64,000 nt of DNA from positions 51,584,001 through 51,648,000 of the forward strand of contig NC_043003.1 in assembly GCF_006345805.1 (NCBI RefSeq). The letters run 5' to 3'. The notes beneath the pieces are model-generated. The model worked only from the letters and a program-made list of their open reading frames with translations, had not been told where the DNA came from and ran no database searches. The position numbers and the translations under genes were made by a program. This document shows positions 51,601 through 64,000 of this stretch, piece by piece. The DNA comes from Octopus sinensis (Eukaryota). How positions within the stretch are numbered: the first letter of the stretch is position 1; each line of letters begins with the position of its first letter.

Positions 51601-52637
51601 AGTAAAAGAAGAAACAGAAAAAAATTTATAATCATATTAACAACAACTCTTCAAAGACACTTAGGCATATAGATTTTCATTCCTTTCTCTCACAGCTTTA
51701 CATCCTGTTTTTGGTTCTTCATCAGTATTTTAATTGGACTATTAAGATATTCTGCACAAACAGTTCCAAATGTGTTTTTAGATCACAGCCTGTTAGACTT
51801 CCTAAAGCAACCACTAATCTCAACTGTTGCACCAACTTGTAAACAAAGTCTTGTTCAGATTTGTGCATTGAACAACATTATGTGACACAACAAGAAGAGA
51901 AAGAGAGAGAGTCTCACAAGTCAACAAAGGATACTCTCTACAAAAAGGAAGCTTCCGTATGGTTGCTTAACCTGCTAAAATTCCTTGGGATTACTTTCTA
52001 ATCTCTTGGAATATGGAAGGATACATTAATTAATATGGTCCAGAATACATTGTTTCTAAAAAATATTTAAACGATAAGATGGTCACATGTGGAATACTTT
52101 TGATCATAGGTTTACTTGATTAGATCTCACACCAAATGAAGCAAAGGTAGTTTTTTTGGATCATAAAGGCAAATTCTAAATCAGTCATAAGCAAACTGTA
52201 GCCTATGAGACGTTCTGGATGGCATGTCTAGCAAAAAATTATATTGAATTATTTTCATAGTGAGGCTCACTTGATGATGAACCATGTCTTGTAAAAGGTT
52301 GCCCATACTCCATCTGCTAGATATAGCAGCCAAATCTCCATCAGAAAAATAAAAAGGAGTGAGTTAATAATGTTGTTAACAACACTATAATATAATAGAG
52401 ATTATTTTATAATTGGAACCTTCAATTGGCTAATGAACAAGTCTCTCTGCAGTTACTTAATCTGTTAGAAATAGTAGTCAAATCTCACTCAAATTACACT
52501 CTACTATCATGAAATACAGAAATATTACTGTAGGTAATGGAGTCTAGATATGACCATGTCTGGAATGCTTTGATCATAGGTTTGCTTAATCAGGGCTGAT
52601 CTAGGAATAAAGAAAAACTATATCTAAATTTTCATAG

Positions 52638-52935
52638 AAGCACGTGGCCTAGTGGTTAGAGCAGCAGACTAGCGGTCGAGGGATCGTGGGTTCGAATCTC
52701 AGACCGGGCGATGTGTGTGTTTATGAGCGAAATACCTAAGCTTCTCACAGCTCCAGCAGAAGGTAATGGCAAACCTCTGCTGACTCTTTCGCCACAACTT
52801 CCTCTTACACTTTCCTCCTGTATCTCGCAGCTCACCTACAACAGACTGGCGTCCAGTCCAGATGGGGAACCCATATGCCAATGAAACCGGCCCTTATGAG
52901 CTAGGCATGGCTCAAGAAGGAAAAACAACAACAAC
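52638..52935 (+). mobile_element. tRNA-derived SINE with a V-domain-like segment and (CAA)n tail
   Basis: Head TGGCCTAGTGGTTAGAGC...GGTTCGAATCTC; gactggcgtccagtccagatgggg resembles the V-SINE central motif. Confidence 0.7.
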
Positions 52936-53343
52936 ATATCTAAATCTTCACAGTCAGAGATGATAAAACATTGTCAAGCAATGCTGTAAAATACAGGTCA
53001 ATGACTTACAGCATGTGTGCAACTATACTTGAGAGAAAAGTGCTCTGGTTTGAGTATACAAATAACTATGAAGATATCTGAGGATTGGTATAAACCCATA
53101 TGCCAATGAAACTGGGAAACCGGCCCTTATGAGCTAGGCATGGCTCAAGAAGGAACAAACAACTACAACATATCTAAATCTTCACAGTCAGAGATGATAA
53201 AACATTGTCAAGCAATGTTTGTCAAGCAATGCTGTAAAATACAGGTCAATGACCTACAGCATGTGTACAACTATACTTGAGAGAAAAGTGCTCTGGTTTG
53301 AGTATACAAATAACTATGAAGATATCTGAGGATTGGTATAAAC
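52870..53343 (+). repeat. Recent tandem duplication (about 225 + 250 bp)
   Basis: cccatatgccaatgaaac...ggattggtataaac occurs twice in direct succession. Confidence 0.9.
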
Positions 53344-53604
53344 ATAAATAGTTGTAACACAATCACACATTAGAAGATATCATTCATAAATTACAAATAA
53401 AAAAAAATAACAGCTGTGGTTTTTATGTATGTATTATATCTGTGCTAGAATACATTGCACTTGCACCGATATTCTGATGCAAAATATCTTCAGATTGCTG
53501 AATTGTGATACACAAAAACCAAAGATTGATACAAACATAATAAGTAATTGTAGCGACTGTCCTATATAAGATGATAGTGTTCATGAATTTTAATATACAA
53601 AAGG

Positions 53605-53790
53605 TGGAGGCATGGCTGTGTGGATAAGAAGTTTGCTTTCCAATCATGTGATTTCCGGTTCAGTCCCAATGCAAAACAACTAAGGAAAGTGTCTTTTATT
53701 GTAGCCCAGAGCTGACCAAAGAACCAAAGCCTTGTGAGAGGATTTTGCAGACAGAGACTGAAAGAGGTTTGTTGTCGGTGTATGTGTGTT
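53605..53790 (+). mobile_element. SINE-A head
   Basis: catggctgtgtggataag...ggttcagtccc. Confidence 0.7.
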
Positions 53791-54754
53791 TGCCATTAGG
53801 TAAAATGACTTTTCCTCTCCCACTAATTTGTTTTGTTTTCATTTTAAAGCTTCCTTTTCAAATATTTGTTCACCTACTTTTTTTATGGGGGAGGGGGGGG
53901 TTCAAAAATGTAATTTAAAATTCAATGGGTACTGAGTGACACAACAAGAGAGAGAGAAAGAGGCAGATAGACAGACAGAGACAGAGAAAAGCAAACATAA
54001 GGTTGGCTTAAAGTTAGACCTCATAGTGAAGTATGGTTTTAATAGTGTAGTACTCAACTTCTCTTTACTTCCTCTTTACAATTATATATGAGCTATGTCT
54101 ATAACATTTGCTGCATGTATGCATAGGAGTTGCCGGCATGCCCTGAAACTTTGTCGGTGGGAAGTGTGCCACCGACAGAGGAAACTGTGGCCCCTCCCAG
54201 AGCAACGAGAGATGATTTTTTTATCTTCTTCCATAAGGGAGGGCAATACAGAGCTTCTTAAGGAAGCTAGAGGGCTGAAGGGAGGAGCTCATGCCCTGGA
54301 CTGTAAACCCAGATTGGCCTCTGCAGGTGACTACAGAGGTTATATTGGAAGTTGATATGTTCAGGGTGATGGACTCCTTCCTAAAGGACCAGTTTAGTTT
54401 TGCCTTCTGGGGCCATGACCTGAAGCTGGAGCATTGTCTATGGGAGGCATACAGCCTGGGTGGGGAGGAAGGATAAAGAGGCTTTAGTGCCTAAATGTTT
54501 GTGATTGTGTGTAAGAGGCTCAGCGCCTCAAGTTGTAATGGACTATTAAGTCCGGTAATTGAAAGAACTAAAGTAAGAGGTTTAATACCTCGTTTTGTTT
54601 TTCTAGTGTGAAAAAAAAAAGAATAATGTTTTAGAGAAGCAAAAAATCGGCAGGCATTTTTTGTCTTCTCCCATCAATATCATTCATCTCATCAATGTTT
54701 TTGTCCAGCCTGTAAGCTACTCTGTGTCATACCTTTATGGCAAAATTTTGAAAT

Positions 54755-55115
54755 AAAGTAGCTTGCTTACCAACCACATGGGTCCAGGTTCAGTCCCACT
54801 GTGTGGCACCTTGGACAAGTGCCTTCTACTATAACCTCAGGTCGACCAAAGCCTTGTGAGTAGATTTGGTAGATGGAAACTGAAAGAAGCCCATCGTATA
54901 TATTCATATAAATATATATGTATGTGTGTGTGTGTTTGTCCCCACAACCGATGCTGGTGTGTTTACGTCCCCATAACTTAGCAGTTTGGCAATAGAGACT
55001 GATAGAATAAGTACTAGGCTTACAAAGAATAAGTCCTGGGGTTGATTTTCTCGACTAAAGGTGGTGCTCCAGCATGGCAGCAGTCAAATGACTGAAACAA
55101 GTAAAAGAATAAAAG
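54755..55115 (+). mobile_element. SINE family A
   Basis: agtagcttgcttaccaaccacatg...3' module. Confidence 0.85.
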
Positions 55116-55204
55116 ATGTGTGTGTGTGTTTGTGTGTATGTGAATGTTGAATTTGACCTGTGAAGTCTGCTTATTACAAACTTTTGGACGTATTTATAAT
55201 AATA

Positions 55205-55590
55205 TTGAAGTTATTGAATACAGTGCTCAGATGCACCACAACTTGTCAAAAGTTCACATAAAGCATATGTAGTAATGTACAAATGTCTGGGAAGTGAACA
55301 GTGTATGGGTCAGATACATGCTTGCGTGTGTATGGAAGGGAGAAAATCAGGTGTAGTGTTGGCGAATCTCAGGAAGCATGGAAGTTTTGAAGGATGCAGT
55401 GCTCCGACAACTAAGAATTGATGCCGGCAGTTTGTTCCACACTTCAGCAACTCTTAGCGTGAAAAAATGTTTCCTAAAGTTATGGGAGCTGTGCTGTTTT
55501 CTGACTTTGTAAACATATCCACGGGTGTTAGACAGATGCAGTTTGAAAAGGTGCTCAGAGTTATTGTTTGTAAGATGGTTAATTTGTGTG
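55205..55590 (-). mobile_element. CR1/L2-type LINE 3' end
   Basis: The minus strand reads HLSNTRGYVYKVRKQHSSHNFRKHFFTLRVAEVWNKLPASILSCRSTASFKTSMLPEIRQHYT*. Confidence 0.88.
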
Positions 55591-56399
55591 AGGGGAGTAA
55601 AAGACTTTTTTCAAAATGTATGTGAATTTGACCTGTGGAAGTCTGTTTACTTATGAACTTTGGATGTACTCGTATATTTTACAAATATTTTCTCAAATTT
55701 AAAAAAAAAATTTTTAATATTTTAATCGTCTGATAATACTTTTTTAATCGGTCAACATTTATTTTATTTCATTTTTACCTTTACTTATTTTATATTTGTC
55801 TATTAGGTTTTTTTGGCAGTTTTTGAATTTTTAGCCTTTTATATTTAACTTTCTGATAGGCCATTCTATTTGTATTATATTCGATTATATGTTTTCACCT
55901 TCTGTGATTTTATGTATATGTATTATTTGTTATGTGTTTGGGAACCATGGTGATTTTTATATATGATTAAATCTCTGAGGGGTGGTGTTATATGTAAAGT
56001 CGTTGACACAAATTTAATGTTTGTTCTATAACCAATGCTTCTTTATCTTTGTCTCATTTATATTTGAGCACTCCTTTTGTAGTCTTATAAACCCTTTTGT
56101 TTCTATAAAAAGAGACAAATATTATTTCTTGTTGTACATCTTACTAAGGTTCCATGCAGTGTCATGGGCCAAGTTAAAATTATCTCTATTCATAAAGTTT
56201 GCCAGGGTGTAGCCAATTTGTCATAGTTTCAGTTTTGGCTAATAACTATAGCATTCCCCATTTTAACAATGGACTTCACCCTTACAGTGCAGCATGAAAA
56301 CTGTTTTCCTATTTACTTCACATAATAATTTATAATTTCCTAACAACAACAACAACATACATACATACATACATACATACATACATACATACATACGAG

Positions 56400-57314
56400 A
56401 GTGTGTGCGTGTGTCTGTTTGAATCCCTAAAACTCAAGAACTACACAACTAATTCAAAATTTAAGCATGCCTTACTTAGGGTCCATATAGTGTCATGGGC
56501 CCCAAAATGTTCAACTTCTTACCTAATGCAAGCCCAGAGCAATCTCTTATCTCTTCCACTATTTCAGTATTACCTGTCAAAAGTGAAACAATAACGTCTC
56601 TCTATTGTAATGTGAGAGACTTTCAGTATAATAGTTTCACTATTAATACTGAAACTATTAAAGTGAAACTATTATCTCACGTTCTTTTATGTCTGGGGAG
56701 AGTCATTTTCTTTTTGTGCCTTATAATTTAACACACTCACAGGTAAAATTTCCACTTATTTCCTACTTTCATTTTCCTAAAATTTTCATTGTGTCTTGCA
56801 ACCTTTTCAATAGTGTTGAGATTCAAGGTTATTGAAAAGGTTGCAAGACACAATGAAAATATTAGGAAAATGAAAGTAAGAAATAAGGGGAAATTTTACC
56901 GGTGTGTGTGTTAAATTATAAGGCACAAAAAGAAAATGACTCTCCCCAGATACAACAGAATATGCTTCAACACACGAACTCACATAAAGAATCTTGCAAA
57001 CCAAATCCAAAAACGAAATATTATCTCACATATATACATGCATTGCATACATACATACATACATACATACATATCTATATATATAAAGATGAGAATGTCT
57101 GTCTGTCTGTCTATCTGTGCGAATCCCTAACACTCAAGAGCTACACAACCAATATCATTCAAAGGGCCCCCAAAAATTTCAACTTCTTGCTTAATGTGAG
57201 CCCATAGCAATCTCTTAACTGTTCCACTATTTCAGTATTACGTGTCAAAAGTGAAACAATAACATCTCTCTATTGTAATGTGATATACTTTCAGTTTAAT
57301 AGTTTCAGTATTAA

Positions 57315-57315
<1 letters not shown>
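56400..57315 (+). mobile_element. Two direct copies of a Helitron-like 5' unit (56400-56650, 57070-57315)
   Basis: Shared gaatccctaa.actcaaga.ctacacaac...ccactatttcagtattac.tgtcaaaagtgaaacaataac; the second copy starts atctatatatataaag...gtctgtctgtct. Confidence 0.55.
56682..56960. repeat. Long near-perfect palindrome (about 130-bp arms, 17-nt spacer)
   Basis: 56682-56812 is the reverse complement of 56830-56960. Confidence 0.9.
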
Positions 57316-57740
<425 letters not shown>

Positions 57741-58090
57741 AGGAAGATTTGGTTGCTATTTCTCACAAGTAATTGTGCAGAAACTCTCTTAGTGACACAA
57801 GTCTTTTTTTTTTCTGTGTTCATTGCATAATGCATGCATTAAGAAGCTTGCTTTGCAAGTGTCTTCAACTATAGCCTCAAGCCAACCAATGCCTTGTGAG
57901 TGTGTGTGGAAGCCCATCATGTATGTGTGTGTGTGCTTGTCTAAGTTCCTGTAACTTAGTGGTTTGGCAAAAGAGGCCAATGAAATGAGCTCCAGACTAA
58001 AAAAATTAGCATTAGGATCAATTTGTTCAATTAAATCTGCAGTCTAATGATTGTAACAAGTAAAATAAAAATACATGCACAAATACAAAT

Positions 58091-58146
<56 letters not shown>

Positions 58147-60004
58147 TGAAACTCATTAAAGCAACTTGAGTTGAAATGTACTATTTATTGTTCTTATAAA
58201 ACTGTAATAAATAGAAATGATTTGAATTTCATGTACAAAAAAAAAACACATAAAACATATGACATAAATACAAAAATAAAAATTCCCCTCAGAGATTATC
58301 CAGTTGCAGAATGTTTAGTATGTATCCAGGTAAAGAAAAATCAATGTGACACTTTTAACACAAATCCATGCTGGAAATCCCAACTCTATGGGATCACTAT
58401 GTAAAAAAATATATGATGATTCCAAAGGAAAAATCTGAACATTGGCATTTGGCTAAATTGTAGTACCATACATTCTACATTATCGACTTACCTGTCATTG
58501 ATATCAAAACTGCTTGAGACTGTCTACAGTATTGATACAAAACCTCTAATATTAAAACAGCTCATATTCAAGTCAAGCCCTTTCATCATACATTTATGTA
58601 ATATGGCAAAGTTAGTTGTTTCACTAAACCTATCAAAATGTTTTGTTTATTTTCAGAATTAATTGAAACATCAAGGTAATGTATTTCATAGAAAATATGG
58701 TTACAAAAGGGTTAACAAACTACGTGTATGTGAAATTTGGGACCTATTTGGAGGTGGCAATGCTAAATTTTATAAAATAAAAAACACTTAGAACAATTCC
58801 AAGAGAGATAATTTTCTGAATTATTCATCTTGTTTTTAGAGAGTCAATCAGTTTGCTCTCCAATGATCACCAGGTGTCTTTTTCCTGTATGTGGACGTGA
58901 TCCCCGTAAGCATTCAAATGAAGAATTTTTACTTTTAAATTATGGGTAGTAATATTCTTAATACTCTGCTGAGAGTTCCTGGTTGAGGGAGCTCAGTGCA
59001 CCCCTAAGTAGAGTTGAACTCCATAGTCACACCACTACACCATGTCAATTGGGGTATTCCTTTGGGATACGAAAAAAGGTTTACATGAACTCAGTTGTCA
59101 CTAATGTGATATGGGTGCAAATAACTGGTAAAATATCATGACTATTACTCAGCATCTCCTTTTGAAAGGAATCACAGACTAGACTAGTTATGCTGGAGAG
59201 CCATAAAACCTCCTACAAGACAGAAACTCTGATTTCAAATCCCAGGCAGATGGAGCTTGTGAGCTTGGGCAGCTCAGTGTCATTTAAGGGACGGAAACCC
59301 CACCAAAAAAATCCAAACCTTGAAGGTTAAGCACTGGGCTTAGAACCTGATCTTGAAAAACATTTATAATTACAGAAATACGGAAACATCAAACACTCAG
59401 AAAAATCCACAACACCTTTGAGAGGCAGTGGTTCTTAACTTGAAAAGAGAAGGAAGAACTTGACAAAGAGAGGTAGGATGGTTGATGGGGAACATGGAAT
59501 CAGTTGTGAAGCACAACCATTGATGGGGCAGCATGGAAGAGAGAGAATGGAAGCCATTTATGCCTCATGGCATGAAGTGGAATAAAGAATATTCTTCACT
59601 TTGAACAGTTTCAAAAGCTATGTCAAAATAAAAAAGGACAGCTCCTATGACCTTTATGTAGAATGTTTATGATTGGTAGAGGAAAGTGAGAAAGAAACAA
59701 CTCCTGGGTTATCCTTAGACTTGGTTTGGATGTTTATGACAAAGTAGACTCAGTTAGGAAATAACCAAATACCAGGTGGTGGTGTTAAACTGGGCAACAG
59801 ATTAAGTCTGAGAACATTAGTACCTCTAATTGTAAAATAAAAAGGAAGACATCCTAATTTGAATCCAGTGTGGGATCATGTGCACATTTAAAAATAAGAC
59901 ATGATCAGGAATTTAATCAGTTGAACCACTGTATCAGTATAAATCTTGTAAATATTCATTCAGGATGAGGTTAATAGTTAGGAAAATTATAATCTTATCA
60001 ACAG

Positions 60005-60390
60005 ATGCAAGCATGGTTGTGTGGTTGAGAAGTTCACTGTGCAGCCATTTGTTTTGAAGTTCAGTCCCACTGCACAGTAGCTTGGGCAAGTGTCTTCTAT
60101 TATAGCCTTGTGAAGAGATCTAGTCAATGGAAACTGTGCAGAAGCTGATTATATATATATATGTGTATGTGCATATGTATTTGTTTGTCTCTCACCTCTC
60201 AAAAACTAGAGTTGTTTTTTTTTACATCTCTCTATCTTAACAGTTTGGCAAAAAAGTAAAATAGGGATAATTTAACCATCAGGCTTTAAAACAAGTATTG
60301 GAGTCTTATGCTGGATTTCACTGTATAAACCTTTCAAAGTGGTACCCCAGCATGGCCAAAGTTCACTGCTGAAACAAGTTAAAGAGTAAA
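60005..60390 (+). mobile_element. Diverged SINE family A
   Basis: gcatggttgtgtggttg...agttcagtcccactg...ggtaccccagcatggcc. Confidence 0.7.
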
Positions 60391-60799
60391 ACTCATCTTA
60401 GACATTGCAATAAAATAAAATAACAAAAAAAAAACCCACAAGAATTGTTGACATGAAGTGAAACTCTTTGAAATGAATGGAAAACTGGACCATGGGACAG
60501 GTGGATTCAGTAAAAACATTTTAAAAATAAGACAAAATCCAAAATGTGAGGCAAACTGTTGATTGTCTACATTAGCAACAATTAATCAAGAATTCATAGC
60601 AGAATTTGATCAATTCATTTGGTGTGAAGAATGAAAAATCTAACATTTCCTATTCTTGCCCTACTTCCTAGAATGATTCCTTACTCGAGGGCTAGAACTG
60701 TCTGATTTTTCACTCCACACAGCATATAGTCTCCTATACACAAAATTAAAAAGGCTTAACTATATTAACAATTGTTACCCTACCAATGATTTTCATTTC

Positions 60800-62450
60800 G
60801 ATCTTTGTTAGTTGAGCTTGCATATCCCTACAACCTTAAAAACTATACTAGCGAGAATTTTACTCTTGATTAGGTAATATTTGTAGATTCTGTTGGTCAT
60901 GCTCGGGAATCCAGCAGCAAAAAGTGTAATGATGGTTACTTCTGATAGGACCCTATGGTGGAGCTTTCTGTGGACTCTGCCCACCATGACCTTCCCAGGA
61001 ATAATGGATACTAGAAATGGATGGATGGATGACTGGACAGAAGGATGGATGGATGACTGGATGGAAGGATGGATTGATGTATGGATGGATGGATTGATGG
61101 ATGATTGGATGGAAGGATGGATTGATGGATGGATAGATGGATGTATGGATGGGCCTCTCCAAGCCAAGCCAGATCTGAAGAAAGGGACTAAGTGAGAATC
61201 ATCATCGGAAGTCAAGGGAATCAGTATGCCAAATGTACCGATGTTTTGGCAGAGGAAAGCAATGACCGACAATGAAATTCACAAGATGTTGGAAGACGGA
61301 ATTATACTGATGACATTGATAAGGGTAATCTGGTTGTGAAAGTGAAACATTGCAAAACATCTATAGAACTAGTGGTTATACATGTTATTCAGTAACTGAA
61401 AGATTTAGTATGATCAATGAGTAAGAATTTCATTTCAGAAGTCATTTGCTATGAGATCAAGGATTGTTAATCTGTGATCCCAAGTCGAAATTTGGTCATG
61501 TAATGCTTTAAATTAAAAAATTATCATTTGTTTTTGGCTTCTTCAGGGCTGCATATAGCACAAGTGGAAATGAGATTGTGGAAAGACACCATTGCACAGT
61601 CAAGGCCATAGCTGAGAAGGGAGAAAATTATCCCCACAGAAGTGGTCTTCTGGTGTAACATGTCACCTAGGGATGGGAAGTTGGTCCTGCAAAGAACAGA
61701 GTTCAGGTACAAATAGAGACACCGGAAAATGAGTATCACAGCATTTTGAGGAAAAGAAAGGACCTGCATCAGTTCAGATCAGGTATGAGGTGTGAGTAAA
61801 TCCTTCCAATGTGAAGTGCACAACTCAGTGGAGAAAAGGAAAGGTGACAGAAGTGCTTGCTGATGGAATGCCATTGTCACATCCTGGACGTCTATAGCAT
61901 TGTTAGCTACTCTGATGACAATAATAAGGAGAGGGAGCGGTCATCTCCACAGTCTTGGACAGCGATGTCCACTTAGGTGGATAGATGACTTTGAAATGAA
62001 CTGAGAGGATACTGAAATAATCTTTAGATCAGGAGTGGCACAAGGGGTAGTAAATCAGCGTTGAAAGAAGATTTCAAGAAACTGGAAGCAAGGGAGGAAC
62101 TAAAGTCATGTAAAAAAAGATGCTTTGATCTGCTTCTTTCTTCAATGAGCAGCTAGTATGATCAGACATGTGCAGTGAGTTATGAAAAATTGTAGATTTT
62201 AGCCAGGAGGTTATGAGTAGTGGAAGTGTACAATGTTGTGCAATAAGTTTTCCAGTCAGAGTGCAGAGTAGCTTCCTCTTTTGAAGTTTGTTTTGCCAGA
62301 TCAAGGTAAGAGCCTATATGTTTTTCATCCTTCATATGACAGGAGGGTCGACAAAACAAGTACCAGTCCAGAAATGGTGTTAATTTAATCAACTATAAAA
62401 AACTGGCTTCAGCCCTACAGAATTATCATCCTTGAAGGCAACAACCCTGA
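60800..62450 (-). mobile_element. Highly decayed CR1/Jockey-like LINE remnant interrupted by (GGAT)n at 61017-61150
   Basis: GC-richer block; weak minus-strand resemblance (QITLINVIS..., FFRSG) to the PI.L..V.SK and GFR.G RT motifs. Confidence 0.35.
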
Positions 62451-62974
62451 GTTAGCTCACTCTAAAATACCCAGCACTTGAAGAACAGTGGCTTTTGCTG
62501 ATCACAAGTCCAGTCACATAACAAGCCTTAACCGATGATAACTACTCTTACAAGTACATTGAAGGACATAACATTTGCCACCTTTACACACATACATATA
62601 TATATATACACCTACAAGTCATTAATGTGTGTGTGTGTATGTGTGTGTATATGTGTGTGTGCACGTGTATTACATCCCTGGTCCAACCAAAGCCTTATCA
62701 ACTGATTTAATAGATGGCAACTGAAAGAAATCCATCACATATATGTATACATATATTTGTGCCTCATATATTTTTACTCAGAGCTGAACATTTAACACTG
62801 ATGAATAAAGAAGATAATTTTCAGGAAATGATTTGGGCTAAAATGGAAAAGTAGGGTGCAATCATGAAGGAATTAAAAGTGCATTGCAATCAGCAGCACA
62901 TAACAGCATATATATATATATGGTCATTTTGCCAGTTTAGCCAATAATCTTGCACAACAAATATATAAACGTAC

Positions 62975-63013
<39 letters not shown>

Positions 63014-63039
63014 ATGGGGAGGAAGGTGTGAGTGTGTGT

Positions 63040-63284
63040 ATGTGTGCTTGTCTTTTTGTTTTGACATCACTCGGTACTTGTAAGTAAGCATCACAGTCAT
63101 ACCAAACAGTGTTGTTTACTTCCAGTCTTTCATGAAAACATGTCTGGGTATGGGAGAAATAGTACCTCACTAGGAAACAAGTGAGGGTTGAAAATAAGAG
63201 CATGCAACTATGAAGAAACTGCCTCGACAAATTACATATGATCAATGTGAGATGGAAAAGGGGACATTAAAACAATGGTATATG

Positions 63285-63325
<41 letters not shown>

Positions 63326-63552
63326 GTGCCGGTGGAACGTAAAAAGCACCAACCGATCGTGGCTGTTGCCAGCCTCCCGTGGCATGTAAAAAGCACCCAC
63401 TACACTCACGGAGTGGTTGGCGTTCGGAAGGGCATCCAGCTGTAGAAACACTGCCAGATTAGACTGGACTGGCACAGCCTTCTGGCTTCCCAGACCCCGG
63501 TCGAACCGTCCAACCCATGCTAACATGGAAAACGGATGTTAAACGATGATGA
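63040..63552 (+). mobile_element. Family D element (63040-63270) and RTE 3' tail (63320-63552)
   Basis: gaaaacatgtctgg...gaaacaagtgaggg; then cccactacactcacggagtggttggcgttcggaagggcatccagc...gttaaacgatgatga. Confidence 0.85.
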
Positions 63553-64000
63553 GGATCTTTTAAAACAAATTTCAGAAGGTAAATCACTGAATGATGATTT
63601 GAGGACATTTGTTCCAGTAATAATTTCAAAAGTTTTTCAAGAGAAGAGATGCAAAGTTGGTAAGCAACAGTAAGTTACAACAAAGGTAACCTGTTTAAAA
63701 GAGCACTAAGGAAAACTGATTCAAGGTAAAATGAACACTTTAGTCCCACTACAAACAGCCTCCCTAGTACTGGTGACAGGATAAAATACACACAATACGC
63801 ACAGTAGTTGTGCATGATGACAGGAAGGGCATCCAGCTTTAAAAACTAGGCCAAAAGATGTAGCAAATCTTTTTATTTGCAGCATGTGTCAAGATGACAA
63901 TATTTCAGCAGGTACCAAGATCTTTTAAGGACTTGTTCAAATGACGCTAGTAGGGGAAAAAAAGATGATTAGGAGGATGACAATAATGATGATGATGATA

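Noticed and set aside
52638-52720. tRNA-like sequences (also 23900-23975, 3350-3426 and SINE-A heads)
   Set aside because: A- and B-boxes are present but I could not fold a full cloverleaf with an acceptor stem; each continues into SINE body.
54150-54620. GC-richer block ending in an A-run, possibly an L1/Tx1 3' end
   Set aside because: Only compositional evidence; no diagnostic motif recovered.
60893-61195. 100-aa ORF with GWMD repeats
   Set aside because: Product of a (GGAT)n microsatellite.

Overview
AT-rich, repeat-dense eukaryotic DNA. The SINE, LINE and microsatellite content looks like a coleoid cephalopod, probably Octopus; this is an inference from repeat style only. No recognisable full-length host gene is present, and almost every ORF in the track comes from microsatellites or transposon remnants. 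Mobile DNA seen: RTE LINEs (1-1410, 27320-29370 and fragments), CR1/Jockey-type and R4/Dong-type LINE remnants, several tRNA-derived SINE families, a foldback mariner derivative, TTAA-flanked piggyBac-like MITEs, and Helitron/Helentron-type elements. CpG-retaining blocks (about 17.3-18.5 kb and 37.5-46.5 kb) alternate with CpG-poor blocks. The most notable observations are: (i) four loci with type I hammerhead-ribozyme architecture, one inside a tRNA-headed SINE that sits in a head-to-head palindromic pair; (ii) a candidate two-exon secreted micropeptide gene at 45044-45352 (-) within a chain of short minus-strand exons; (iii) several long inverted repeats that would form dsRNA. Repeat coordinates are read by eye and are approximate unless TSD or TIR positions are given. 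Family letters A-F are my working labels.
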